Shown here piece by piece: positions 38,181 through 48,045 of a stretch of 64,000 nt of DNA. This DNA is from a bacterium. Lineage in GTDB: Bacteria; Patescibacteriota; Minisyncoccia; Phycocordibacterales; UBA918. The DNA lies in NCBI GenBank assembly GCA_027487145.1, contig JAIYEC010000070.1:4477-68476 (forward strand), in the 5' to 3' direction. The notes beneath the pieces were generated by a model that did no database searches, was not told the DNA's origin, and saw nothing but the letters and a program-made list of their open reading frames with translations. Each line of letters starts with the position of its first letter. Within the stretch, counting starts at the first letter, position 1. The position numbers and the translations under genes are program-made.

Positions 38181-38606
38181 CTAGTCAATTACCTTTACAC
38201 CCATAGATCGACAGGTTCCCTCAACGGTCTTCATTGCTGCTTCAATTGAAGCTGCATTGAGGTCAGCCATCTTTTCTTCTGCCACCTCACGGATTTGTGC
38301 TTTGGTGATAGAACCAACTGTCTGGCTCTTATTCTTTGAAGCTCCCTTGTCCTTACCAATCTTCTTCAAGATAAGTCGTGACATTGGTGATACCTTTACG
38401 ATGAAGTCAAAGGTTCGGTCGTCGTACACAGAGATTACTACTGGTACCACCTCCCCCATTCGGTCGCGAGTCTTTTCGTTAAACTGATTAACGAATTCTC
38501 CGATGTTAATACCAGCCTGTCCCAGTACCGGTCCAAGCGGTGGAGCTGGTGTAGCTTTTCCTCCGACTGACTGTACCTTAATAAGTTTTGTTAGTTTTTT
38601 TGCCAT
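38181..38606 (-). CDS. rplK: 50S ribosomal protein L11
   Basis: MAKKLTKLIKVQSVGGKATPAPPLGPVLGQAGINIGEFVNQFN. The longer ORF to 38675 was trimmed to the conserved start. Confidence 0.9.
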   Translation of the reverse strand: MAKKLTKLIKVQSVGGKATPAPPLGPVLGQAGINIGEFVNQFNEKTRDRMGEVVPVVISVYDDRTFDFIVKVSPMSRLILKKIGKDKGASKNKSQTVGSITKAQIREVAEEKMADLNAASIEAAMKTVEGTCRSMGVKVID

Positions 38607-38756
38607 ATAAATTATGAATTGTAGGTTGGTGTTCCATAGCCACCTTCCCGTCGTTGAAGCCCGCGTATCGTACAAGAGAAATCCACTTTTTGCAAGAAGC
38701 TATTGCTATTTTTTAAATTTAATTTATAGTCTCATAAGAATCAAACACGAACAGGA

Positions 38757-39272
38757 GTGTCTCATATGCGTTATGTTGTCCTTTTTGTCGCCACCCTCGC
38801 TTTAATTATTGCAGGAGCGAGCTTCCAGCCCGCATCTTTGCTCCCAGGAAGTAACTTGGGTTTCTTTGAATCGCGGATTGAAGGTCCGATGAACGTTATG
38901 ATGCGGAACTCGCCCGAATTAAAAGAAAATTTCAAAGAATTCGAGCGTTGTAAGCTGTCAGAAGATTGTGACGTTAAGCTTATCTATACTGAGCGTGACA
39001 AGATTGTAAAAGCAGTCTGGCCAAAGGTCTACGATCAACTCGAGGTTGAGAGTGACTGGGGCACGTGCATTCGATGTGAAATCGCGCACAAGGATTTCAA
39101 TGATGCACGAGCAAAAGTTGGTGAACTGAGGCTTCAATATGAATGCACTCCAGCTGCTCGATATACATTCCATGTGGGCAACGATCCTGGAAGAGAAGCC
39201 GGCTATACGTCTGTTGGATATGAATGTGCCGGCAAAAATATCACATATCCCGAAGCAGTCGATCCAGGGTAA
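38757..39272 (+). CDS. hypothetical secreted cysteine-containing protein
   Basis: Signal peptide (VVLFVATLALIIAGASFQPA) and 8 Cys. It is encoded on the opposite strand between nusG and rplK, and a hairpin plus T-run follows at about 39285-39325. Confidence 0.45.
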   Translation: MSHMRYVVLFVATLALIIAGASFQPASLLPGSNLGFFESRIEGPMNVMMRNSPELKENFKEFERCKLSEDCDVKLIYTERDKIVKAVWPKVYDQLEVESDWGTCIRCEIAHKDFNDARAKVGELRLQYECTPAARYTFHVGNDPGREAGYTSVGYECAGKNITYPEAVDPG

Positions 39273-39424
39273 CCCGCCACGTCGCGCTCAAACGAAAAAG
39301 TCGTTGGAGGGCGGCTTTTTCTTTTGGAAATGAATAGTGAGATGAGTAGTTCCATATTTATTTTATATATAAAAAATCCCACAGATGATTATTCTATGAG
39401 ATTTTTTAGTCGAAGCTGAGAAAA

Positions 39425-39970
39425 CTACACTTTCTTGATTTGAAGGAAATCAAGTTCAACCGGTGTCTCCCGTCCAAACATAGAAACAAGCACTTTCACC
39501 TTTCCGCTCTTTTCGTCTACCTCACCCACCTTACCTTCAAGATCCTTGAACGGACCGTCGACAATCGTGACAAAATCACCAGCGGTAAGGTCTACCTTGT
39601 GCTTCACGTCGTCAGTCGACATACGCTTCATGAGCTGATTGTACTCAGCTTCTGTTAGTGGCACCGGCTGGGTTCCACTTCCGACGAAGCCGGTTACGCG
39701 AGGAGTATTGCGCACTACAAACCATGACTCGTCGTCTACAATCATCTCAACGAGTACGTACCCCGGATAGATACGTTCTTCTTCAGTAACTCGCTTTCCA
39801 CCCTTTACACGAATTTTCTTTTCAGTTGGTACTACCACAGCAAAAATCTTGTCATTCATGTTGAGTGAGTCGATACGTTGCTTGAGGTTACGCGCTACTG
39901 CGTTTTCGTACCCTGAGTATGTATGGATAGCGTACCAGTTTCGCTCTCCGGTTCCTTGTTGTTTAGCCAT
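39425..39970 (-). CDS. nusG: transcription termination/antitermination factor NusG
   Basis: NGN domain (WYAIHTYSGYEN) and C-terminal KOW (GDFVTIVDGPFKDLEGKV). Confidence 0.9.
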   Translation of the reverse strand: MAKQQGTGERNWYAIHTYSGYENAVARNLKQRIDSLNMNDKIFAVVVPTEKKIRVKGGKRVTEEERIYPGYVLVEMIVDDESWFVVRNTPRVTGFVGSGTQPVPLTEAEYNQLMKRMSTDDVKHKVDLTAGDFVTIVDGPFKDLEGKVGEVDEKSGKVKVLVSMFGRETPVELDFLQIKKV

Positions 39971-39975
39971 AGAAC

Positions 39976-40164
39976 TTAGAAAGTATGAATGAGGAGGTTG
40001 ATACCTTGTGAAAAGAGGTAGTCAAACACACCGACGTATAAAGCGACAACTGCAGAAACAGCAATTACAAGTACCGTGTAGGTAATTGTCTGCTTCTTGC
40101 TTGGCCAATTAACCTGGCGAAGTTCGGCCATGGTAGCCTTGATGTATTTTACGAGTTGAGTCAT
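39976..40164 (-). CDS. secE: preprotein translocase subunit SecE
   Basis: Short protein with a single TM helix, MTQLVKYIKATMAELRQVNWPSKKQ.., immediately upstream of nusG. Confidence 0.7.
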   Translation of the reverse strand: MTQLVKYIKATMAELRQVNWPSKKQTITYTVLVIAVSAVVALYVGVFDYLFSQGINLLIHTF

Positions 40165-40302
40165 GTGTAATAAATATGTCGGGTAAAATAAAACGCCCGC
40201 AGGCGAATACATGACTATAGTACGCCTATCTAAGAAAATGTCAAAGCCCCGCTGGCTAGAGGCCAGCGGGGCTTTGTTTGAAAGGTTATGTTACTCGTTG
40301 CT

Positions 40303-41079
40303 TCATTTAACTTCAAACGAAACACTCACACTCACGTTAGTAGTGTTTTCTCCCACTGGTGTGTTTGGCGCCACCGAAGCATCCATTGCCTTTTCCATCA
40401 TTGGCTCAGCGCTACCATATCCGTAATACCCTTCGTTTTCGTAGAAGCTGGTAACTCGAACGATTTCCACTCCAAGATCAGCAGCAATTTTTTCAGCCTT
40501 AGTTTTTGCGTCAGCAATCGCTTTTGAGCGAGCTTCTGCCTTAAGAGCGGTCTCGTCATCAATGGTAAAGCTAAGGCCACTAATGTTGGTTGCTCCCTTC
40601 TCACCAACTCCAGCAATAAGTGTCCCAGCCTTTGCTGTATCTCGTACCTTTACCGCTACTGTCTGTGATACTTCAAATCCGTCAGGAATCTCTTCCCCCG
40701 GTGGACACCACGCTCCAAAACAGTCGGTATTTTCGTATCGGTATTTTGGATACATGTTGTAGTTTTCGGTTTTGATATCTTTCTCTTCAACTCCCTGTTC
40801 TTTTAAGTAAGCGATGAGATCATTGATCTTCGTTCCTGACGCTGCTTGAGCAGTGGTAGCGTCAGCCCCTTCAGCAGTCACACTAAAAGAAAATTGCCCC
40901 ACGTCCGGAATCGCACTTGCTTCCCCCTCTCCATTGACTGAGATACTCATTGGCATCGGGTACATCGACTTCGTCATGTAGTAACTGCTGTACGCATATG
41001 AAGCTAGTGCAAGACCAGCTAACGCAATGGTAATTGCGGTAATTACCTGATAGGTTTTGTTACTAAAAAATGATTGCAT
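40303..41079 (-). CDS. SIMPL-domain (DUF541) periplasmic/surface protein
   Basis: N-terminal TM anchor. The pattern ISVNGEGEASAIPDVGQFSFSV...ARSKAIADAKTKAEKIAADLGV matches the SIMPL family architecture. Confidence 0.6.
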   Translation of the reverse strand: MQSFFSNKTYQVITAITIALAGLALASYAYSSYYMTKSMYPMPMSISVNGEGEASAIPDVGQFSFSVTAEGADATTAQAASGTKINDLIAYLKEQGVEEKDIKTENYNMYPKYRYENTDCFGAWCPPGEEIPDGFEVSQTVAVKVRDTAKAGTLIAGVGEKGATNISGLSFTIDDETALKAEARSKAIADAKTKAEKIAADLGVEIVRVTSFYENEGYYGYGSAEPMMEKAMDASVAPNTPVGENTTNVSVSVSFEVK

Positions 41080-41084
41080 AGGTA

Positions 41085-42032
41085 CTAAAGATTATTGTGT
41101 ATAAATTCACGGATAAGACGACGAATGGTGGCTTCTCTTTCATTCCCGGTACCACAGACTGTCGTAAAGGCTTTTAGGTCGGTCTCGTTAAGAACTGGTA
41201 CGGAGCCGTCCTCCTTGAGTAAATAGTACATGACCGCATTCTCATCATCAACGTGATCAATGCCAAGCGCATGACCGAATTCATGAACCAAGACTGAAAC
41301 GAGCTCTTCTGAAGAAGAGAATTTATAAATATGTATCCTTCCGTCTTGGTAATCACCTTGGGTAAACTCTTTGGCAAACCCATGCTCCTTGTTATACGCC
41401 TCAACTTCACGATTGTACGCCTCAACTAACTCATTGCTTTTTTGTCCCAAAGCATTAATGCTCTGCCCCAGCTTATTAAGCGTATCAGCGTCACGATTAA
41501 GCTCAGCCGAGCGCGCATCAAGCGCTTGCCTCTCGCGCTCAATGTCAGCAAAGACATCCGACGGCGCACCGCCCTGATCATTGTATCGATTGACTCGTTC
41601 GTTATGTCGCGAGAGAGAGGCTTCGTATGCAGCGACATTTTTTTCATACGTCTTTGTTTTCTCTTCGTACTCTTTTTGCGACTCTTCGATAGTCTTTTTG
41701 AGTGTTTCTGTTTCCTCAAAAAGACGATCGAGCTCCTGTCTCTGTACGCTCTCCGAATCAGCCTCGGCCTGTCTATCATCAAAAATAAAATCGACAACTA
41801 ATACTCCATTTTCATCATAGGTAAATAACTCTCGGCCAGCTTTTTCTTCCCAGGCTTTTTCTGCTTCACCCAAACGAGCAATTGCTTCATCTCGCGTAAT
41901 TGTGAAGTGGCTATCAACTTGCCCTAGGCGATACGTAAGTGGCACGGGACAAATATGTGCAGTAGATTGATACCAAAACGTTCCCGCCACTGCGAGACTT
42001 GAGATGAGTGCAACCAGAAATGGAAACCGCAT
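41085..42032 (-). CDS. membrane-anchored zinc metalloprotease (metzincin/matrixin-like)
   Basis: HEFGHALGIDH (HExxHxxGxxH) with a downstream Met-turn (AVMYY). It has an N-terminal TM helix and a long coiled-coil linker. Confidence 0.65.
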   Translation of the reverse strand: MRFPFLVALISSLAVAGTFWYQSTAHICPVPLTYRLGQVDSHFTITRDEAIARLGEAEKAWEEKAGRELFTYDENGVLVVDFIFDDRQAEADSESVQRQELDRLFEETETLKKTIEESQKEYEEKTKTYEKNVAAYEASLSRHNERVNRYNDQGGAPSDVFADIERERQALDARSAELNRDADTLNKLGQSINALGQKSNELVEAYNREVEAYNKEHGFAKEFTQGDYQDGRIHIYKFSSSEELVSVLVHEFGHALGIDHVDDENAVMYYLLKEDGSVPVLNETDLKAFTTVCGTGNEREATIRRLIREFIHNNL

Positions 42033-42045
42033 AGATATGCTAATG

Positions 42046-42112
42046 ATAGCAAATAAAAAAACGGTGCAGAGCGGGGACTGCGTGGTCGCGACACGTAGTC
42101 CCTATTCTGCAC
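42046..42112. terminator. long bidirectional hairpin terminator
   Basis: An A7 run, then a two-part stem of about 25 bp (ggtgcagagcggggactgcgtggtc / gacacgtagtccctattctgcacc), then T6. Confidence 0.7.
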
Positions 42113-42695
42113 CATTTTTTAGTAACAAAACATATTCGCAACGGGCGAATGCCCTTTGCTTCCTCTATCATACCCTACCATCCTTCGTGCAAGCAAAAGA
42201 TTTCAACAGGGTGCAGTTATTTTTGACACAAATTTATTTTGTACTGCTTTTAATAAAAAATATAACTTTACTGATTGAGGTGTGTATAGAAATCTGCTAT
42301 TGTGCCTGTCTGGCAGTAAAATATAAGTACGTTTGAAATTTGGGCTATAAATCAAAGTCTTTGATTTATAGCCCACGCTTCAAACGAAACGTGGGTATAA
42401 AAAAGAACTATTGTTCTTTTTTATCCTTCGTATCAACCTCGTCTTTGGTTTCTAGCCCGGGCGAGGTTTTTACGTTTTTTTCTGAAGAAGCTGGAAACGG
42501 TGGAGCCCATGATCCATTTGGATGCTGGCACCAAACCATATTCTCCTCCTCATCTAAATGACAATGAATAAATTTAGACATATGTCATGCGTTCTCGCTC
42601 GCGTAGCGCCCGCAGGGTAACGGAGTTTTCTGCTAAAGTGCCCCTCTCTGGTTCGAACATGAAAACCAGAAAGGAGCGCTCTAGCGCCCTTTCTT

Positions 42696-44381
42696 TTACT
42701 TCTTCCCTTCGTTTTCTTGGAGCTTCTTGCGAACCAATTGCTGGGCTGCGTTCATTGAGTGCTGGTAGTAGAGACTTTTTACTCCCTGCTTCCACGCTTG
42801 GAGGTAGAGCGCGTTGATATCCTTTACCGGCGTATCTGGCGCCACCATGATGTTGAGTGACTGCGCTTGGTCAATAAACTTCTGTCGATCTGCCGCTTGT
42901 TCGATTACCTTTGATTGATCGATTTCGGCAAAGGTTCGGTAGATGGCTTTTTCTTCATCTGAAAGACAATCGAGATGTTGAACCGAACCATCGTTATCGC
43001 GAATTGAATCCCAGGTTACCTTATCGTCGTGACCCTTCTGCGCCAAAAGTGCTTGAAGCGTAGGGTTCTTAATGGTTACCTTCATCTTGGCCACGTCTTT
43101 GACGTAACAGTTAGACCAGATTGGTTCGATACCTTGTGATACTTGTCCGAGAATAAAAGCAGAGGAGGTGGTTGGAGCAATCGCAATTAAGGTGGTGTTA
43201 CGACGACCGTAGCCCTTGAGTACTTCTGGCTCACCGAGCGTAGCTGCGAGTTCTTTGGTAGCAGCGTCAGCTTTATCTTTAATAAGCTTGAAAACTTCTT
43301 TATTGAGAGTAGCGGCTTCTTCGCTTTCAAATGGCAAGCCTTTTGCCTGAAGGAGTGAGTGGTATCCAAGAACACCAAGACCGAGAGCTCTATTTGCTTT
43401 AGCGAAGTTGTACGCTCGCTCCATAAAGGTGAAGGCGCGACGCTTTTCAGCTTCTTCGTGGTCACGCAGTGCTTCTAACTTTACGATAAATTCTTCCATG
43501 ACGGCATCCAAAAATGCTGTCATTGTTTCTACCAAGTCAGTGTCCTTCCAGGCGTCGTAGTGAAGAAGGTTGACTGATGAGAGACAACACACAAATGACC
43601 AGTCTTCCTTACTTGGAAGCATGATTTCACTACACATGTTACTCGCGTGAATGCGGAGCTTCTTGTCTTTATAGACATCAACCGTGTTATTGTTAGCAGT
43701 ATCGCTAAACATAATATATGGGTACCCCATTTCTCCCCGTCGTTGAATGATACGAGCCCAAACTTTTCGCTTGGCTTCATCCCCATCAATCATGGACTGC
43801 ATCCATTCGTCCCCTACTGTCACACCGTGGGTGAGCTTCTGAATTGGATTTCCTTCAGTTCCGATATCGAGGAACTCCATGATGTCATCGTGCTCTGCAG
43901 GGAGGTATGGTGAGAAGTGTCCGCGACGAACTGATCCTTGTGAGACCACCACGACGAGAGTCTCAAAGAGTTGCATAAAGTGGACTGAACCAGATGAGTA
44001 CCCGTTGTCATTTCCAATTGATGCTCCACGTGGACGAAGTGCTCCAAAGAATCCAGAACACCCACCACCAAACTTACTCATCATTCCCACCTCAGCGTTG
44101 GTGTAGAGAATGTCACCCATGTTGTCATCAACGTATGAGCCAAAACAGCTAATTGGAAGCCCTTTTGGATCACCAAAGTTAGCCCACACCGGTGAGGCGA
44201 GTGAAATCCAGCCACGACTCATGTAGTCAACAAACTTATCGGCAAAGCCGTCTTGTTTGAGATATTTTTCTGCAGTTTCCGCGATAACGCGAATGCGTTC
44301 TTCGGCTGTTTGACCCGGGGCGAGGTATCCTCGAGCAAGAAATCCGCGACTATTTTCGTTCAACCAGTACCATGGTTCCAT
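42696..44381 (-). CDS. nrdA: ribonucleotide reductase class I large subunit without an ATP-cone
   Basis: Motifs NMCSEI and PTTSSAFILG are present. The protein starts directly at the region after where an ATP-cone would be, 561 aa. Confidence 0.8.
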   Translation of the reverse strand: MEPWYWLNENSRGFLARGYLAPGQTAEERIRVIAETAEKYLKQDGFADKFVDYMSRGWISLASPVWANFGDPKGLPISCFGSYVDDNMGDILYTNAEVGMMSKFGGGCSGFFGALRPRGASIGNDNGYSSGSVHFMQLFETLVVVVSQGSVRRGHFSPYLPAEHDDIMEFLDIGTEGNPIQKLTHGVTVGDEWMQSMIDGDEAKRKVWARIIQRRGEMGYPYIMFSDTANNNTVDVYKDKKLRIHASNMCSEIMLPSKEDWSFVCCLSSVNLLHYDAWKDTDLVETMTAFLDAVMEEFIVKLEALRDHEEAEKRRAFTFMERAYNFAKANRALGLGVLGYHSLLQAKGLPFESEEAATLNKEVFKLIKDKADAATKELAATLGEPEVLKGYGRRNTTLIAIAPTTSSAFILGQVSQGIEPIWSNCYVKDVAKMKVTIKNPTLQALLAQKGHDDKVTWDSIRDNDGSVQHLDCLSDEEKAIYRTFAEIDQSKVIEQAADRQKFIDQAQSLNIMVAPDTPVKDINALYLQAWKQGVKSLYYQHSMNAAQQLVRKKLQENEGKK

Positions 44382-44421
44382 ATCAGTTATTCAGTTTATT
44401 GTGTTTAATCGCGACAGTTGA

Positions 44422-45735
44422 TTAAAAGAGGTCTTCGCTGGTTACGCTCGCTGAGCGCTTGTTGTAGTTGATTGATCGCTTCTGGAAGAAGTCTACGTGC
44501 TTGGTAGCAATTACTTCAGCATCAAACCAGTCAGTCTCTTCAAGGAGTGCGTCACTGACGTCGAAGATTCGAGGCATACCAATTGAGGCGAGCGAATTAT
44601 TGAAGCGGTGCTTGATGAATTCTTTTACGTTAGCAGCTGGCAAGAAGCTGAGTTCACCGGCTTCGTAAATCCAATCTACAATCTTGCTTTCTGCTTCATA
44701 TGCTTCACGACATGCTTCTACCACCTTCTGTCGGCATTCATCGTCAAACCATTCTGGATGTTCGCTCTTGATGATATTGATGACATCAATCCCAAACATT
44801 CCGTGCAAATTCTCTTCCTTTGAAGTTGCTTCCACAGCATTTGAAATACCCTTAAACAGATTACGATGCTTGTTGAAAGACATCATAATGAGGAACTGTG
44901 AGAAAAGTGAGACGTGCTCCACAAAGAGTGAGAAGAGCATGACTGACTGGAAGTAGTCCTTGTTTTCCTGGGTTCGTGAGAGATCAATTACCTTTTCGAG
45001 GTAATTCATTCGCTCTTGCATGACCGGGATATCCTTAATCTTTCGGAATTCATCATTAAGACCGAGAATTTCAAGCAAGTGTGCATACGCATCAGCGTGA
45101 CGAACTTCTGATTCTGAGAAGGTTGCGCCTACTGCTCCAATTTCTGGCTTTGGCATCTTTTTGTAGATGTCTCCCCAGAAGGTCTTTACTGCTACCTCAA
45201 TTTGAGCAATAGCAAGCATAGCGTTCTTAATAGCGCTTCGCTCTGCTTCGTTTACATTGACATGGAAGTCCTGAACATCAGAGGTGAAGTTAAATTCGGT
45301 GTGTACCCAGTATGAGTGACGGACCGCGGTGGTGTACTCGTAGAGTTCTGGATACTCATACGGTTTGAAGTTTTGCCGACGAGCGAAGATATCTCGTTCG
45401 CGAAGCTTCTTGCGCTCATTACGATAGATGATGTACGCCTTCGCGGTGGTAAAGTACCCCTTCTCCATGAGCGCTTGCTCAACCAAGTCTTGGATTTCTT
45501 CCACTGCTGGACTACCATCAATACACTTGTTAGCAATTTCACTACCGGTCTCTGCTGTTCCTGCCTGCACACACATAGCGATCACCTTCTGGTGAGCTAG
45601 TTCGGCTACTTCAATGGCGGCATCACGATTTCCTTCTCCGGTTTCGACGAGAGCCTTTGCGATAGCACTTTCAATTTTTGAAATATCGAAGGGCTTTAGT
45701 TGCCCGTCGCGCTTTCGAATGGTTTCGATGTTCAT
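44422..45735 (-). CDS. nrdB: ribonucleotide reductase small (radical-generating) subunit with an N-terminal ATP-cone domain
   Basis: ATP-cone (ETIRKRDGQLKPFDISKIESAIAKAL ... VEEIQDLVEQALMEKGYFTTAKAYIIYR) followed by a ferritin-like R2 core (EAERSAIKNAM..E..H..AY). The ATG at 45735 was preferred over the upstream ORF start. Confidence 0.85.
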   Translation of the reverse strand: MNIETIRKRDGQLKPFDISKIESAIAKALVETGEGNRDAAIEVAELAHQKVIAMCVQAGTAETGSEIANKCIDGSPAVEEIQDLVEQALMEKGYFTTAKAYIIYRNERKKLRERDIFARRQNFKPYEYPELYEYTTAVRHSYWVHTEFNFTSDVQDFHVNVNEAERSAIKNAMLAIAQIEVAVKTFWGDIYKKMPKPEIGAVGATFSESEVRHADAYAHLLEILGLNDEFRKIKDIPVMQERMNYLEKVIDLSRTQENKDYFQSVMLFSLFVEHVSLFSQFLIMMSFNKHRNLFKGISNAVEATSKEENLHGMFGIDVINIIKSEHPEWFDDECRQKVVEACREAYEAESKIVDWIYEAGELSFLPAANVKEFIKHRFNNSLASIGMPRIFDVSDALLEETDWFDAEVIATKHVDFFQKRSINYNKRSASVTSEDLF

Positions 45736-46030
45736 ACTAATAAACTTGAATTGGTAAAAAGATGAATTATCGCGCACGAACATAATTGGTGGAAGACCGC
45801 TGCAATGAATTGCGCAGCACAATTAGGTTCACAAGCGATTAGGTCGCGACTAACACGCACGCGTTCTTTAAAAACGCGCTTGAAACTCGATATGAGTTTG
45901 TGTGTCTTACCTCCGACACACGAGACCTCGTGTGGTTTCATTACTATAGCACTGAGGTGAGAAGCTTGGCTATTTTATTGACGCCAAACGGAGGCTATTT
46001 TTCGTTAGCTATCCACAGTATTCTGGGGAC
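45736..46030 (-). promoter_or_regulatory. long structured 5' leader upstream of nrdB-nrdA
   Basis: About 290 nt without a credible ORF. It contains several hairpins, including cacacgag..ctcgtgtg and cgcgtt..aacgcg. Confidence 0.35.
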
Positions 46031-46097
46031 ACTGTAATACAAAATAATTTTGAGTTTTGCCTAGATTTGCAAGATGGTAAAAATGTCACGTGATAGA

Positions 46098-46135
46098 GAA
46101 AAAGCACCGCGACCATTGGTCGCGGTGCTTTTTAC
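46098..46135 (-). terminator. rho-independent terminator after mscL
   Basis: aaaaagcaccgcgaccattggtcgcggtgcttttt. Confidence 0.75.
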
Positions 46136-46139
46136 CGGC

Positions 46140-46532
46140 TTATCGCCTGAGGCTGTCTCGAATTTCCATAAGAAGCTTCACTTCTTCAGATGGTTCTTTT
46201 GGTTTTTCTTCTTTTGCAGCTTCTTCTTTCTTTACTACTTTCTCCTGAGCCTTATTAATACCCTTTACTACCATAAAGATAGCAAACGCGACGATAATAA
46301 AGTCGATTACCGATTGAACAAAAACACCGTAAGTCACAACTGCGTCGCCAAGGGTGTATGACAGTCCTGAAAAATTCACTCCGCCCATGAGCAGTCCAAT
46401 AAGTGGCGTGATGATGTCTGTCACCAAGGACGACACGATTTTTCCAAAAGCGGCTCCAATAACGACAGCAACAGCGAGATCAAGGACGTTCCCCTTCATG
46501 GCAAACGCCTTGAATTCATCAATAATTTTCAT
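46140..46532 (-). CDS. mscL: large-conductance mechanosensitive channel
   Basis: [33 protein letters not shown].. and a charged C-terminal helix. Confidence 0.9.
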   Translation of the reverse strand: MKIIDEFKAFAMKGNVLDLAVAVVIGAAFGKIVSSLVTDIITPLIGLLMGGVNFSGLSYTLGDAVVTYGVFVQSVIDFIIVAFAIFMVVKGINKAQEKVVKKEEAAKEEKPKEPSEEVKLLMEIRDSLRR

Positions 46533-46578
46533 ATATGTATTACCTACTCTTATAAAAGAATGAGTCTAGTATACCTAA

Positions 46579-47715
46579 TTAATGATGGTGGTGATGGTGG
46601 TGCGACGAATGATCATTCATGTCAACGGTGCGAGACCGGTAGTACCACGCAGCTACTGCAGTGGTGGCTGGAACAGCCATAATCAGTCCGATACTCCCTA
46701 CAATAATCCGGGTAAGTTCTGCTGCTACCACTTCTTGATTGAAGATAGCAGTCAGGTCAGTCCCCGCTTTCGCGTAGAGCAATATAAGCGGCAATGAAAC
46801 TCCGACATATGCGAGTGCGAGTGTATTAACAATCGAACCAATATGATCTCGCCCTACCACCAGCGCCCGATTATAAAGGTCGCTAAAATTAAAGTCTGGA
46901 TTGGCTGACTTAAGCTGCGCTACCACCGAGGTCTGGGTAACCGCGACGTCATCAAGCACTCCAAGAATACCGATAATAATTCCCCCGAGAAGCAGGCTGG
47001 CTAAATCAAGCGAGCCGTTGGTAGCAAAGTTAAGATAGACCGATGCATCATCACTAAAACCAGTCAGGTGCATACTCCGGACACTCACGTATGAGATGAT
47101 ACATGTCACCAAGACTGCGCTCATCGTACCTAGATACGAAATACAAGCCCGAGCATTAAAGCCGTGAGTTCCAAAGAGCGCAAACGCCATAATAACAGCG
47201 GCAATTCCTAACGTTGTAAGAGCAGGGTTGTATCCAGCCAGGAGCGCTGGCACAAGGAGAAATATAATTGCAGCGATACTTACCCCAAGTGAAAAGAGCG
47301 CTCGTACCCCTTGCCAACGAGAGATAAAGAGCAGTAGCCCAACAAAGAGTCCGAAGATAACTATGAGCGTTGGTCGTCGTTCATACGCTGAAAACGTCAC
47401 ATACTCATCCCCATTGATAGTGACCACTCGATTCACAAAAATGTCATCCCCGACCTCCAGATGTATCACTTCGGCCGTCATTGCTACCACCTCTCCTTTT
47501 TTATCTCCTTCTTCAAGAAGGATCCGTAATTCTTGTACTGTTGTAGTAGTATCAGTGCCGGTCACCTCACGAACGTCTTCACTCACCACTTCAAGGACCG
47601 TAGCTTTGACTGTCTCTTTTACATCTTGATGAACCTCTTGTGCAAAAACTGGTGAGGTACAAAAGAACGTCATAACGAGTGAGACAAAAATCCTAGAAAA
47701 TAAGACGCGCAACAT
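46579..47715 (-). CDS. YibE/F-family-like membrane protein with a natural C-terminal poly-His tail (HSSHHHHHHH)
   Basis: Signal peptide plus extracytoplasmic domain, then about 6 TM helices. The last codons are CAC/CAT x7 before the stop. Confidence 0.55.
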   Translation of the reverse strand: MLRVLFSRIFVSLVMTFFCTSPVFAQEVHQDVKETVKATVLEVVSEDVREVTGTDTTTTVQELRILLEEGDKKGEVVAMTAEVIHLEVGDDIFVNRVVTINGDEYVTFSAYERRPTLIVIFGLFVGLLLFISRWQGVRALFSLGVSIAAIIFLLVPALLAGYNPALTTLGIAAVIMAFALFGTHGFNARACISYLGTMSAVLVTCIISYVSVRSMHLTGFSDDASVYLNFATNGSLDLASLLLGGIIIGILGVLDDVAVTQTSVVAQLKSANPDFNFSDLYNRALVVGRDHIGSIVNTLALAYVGVSLPLILLYAKAGTDLTAIFNQEVVAAELTRIIVGSIGLIMAVPATTAVAAWYYRSRTVDMNDHSSHHHHHHH

Positions 47716-47895
47716 AAAAACCTACTCCGGCAGCTATAACAAGGGTGTACAGCACAGTTAAAATAAAAGAGGGTTGATCCATAGCTATAGCTTAGCGGAG
47801 ATTTTAATGATGAGCAACCAAGCATACGGACCATCTCGACAAACGCTTAAAAAACCTTTAGTATGTCCCGCACATGTATCGTTGATACATATATA

Positions 47896-47970
47896 TGGCG
47901 GCTATAGTATAATGGTTAATGCATCGGTTTGTGGTACCGAGAATTCGGGTTCAATTCCCGGTAGCCGCCC
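47896..47970 (+). tRNA. tRNA-His (anticodon GTG), with encoded G-1 pairing to C73
   Basis: Folded manually. A 7-bp acceptor stem (gcggcta/tagccgc) with an extra G-1:C73 pair, D arm gtat/atgc with a GG loop, anticodon stem tcggt/accga with loop ttGTGgt, T arm tcggg-ttcaatt-cccgg, and a trailing CC. Confidence 0.85.
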
Positions 47971-48045
47971 CTTTTAGAGCTAGCACGAGAAGGCTACAAA
48001 AATGAACCTCAATTGGGGTTCATTTTTGTAGCCTCTGGTATGCAA

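Noticed and set aside
41174-41820. Several ORFs in both orientations inside the metalloprotease gene.
   Set aside because: They fall in the low-complexity coiled-coil linker of the 315-aa protease, so they are spurious.
45732-45941. 69-aa ORF in the nrdB upstream leader, and the ORF-track start of nrdB at 45822.
   Set aside because: The ATP-cone alignment begins at the Met at 45735. The upstream residues MCCAIHCSGLPP.. are not conserved-looking, so the leader is more likely untranslated.
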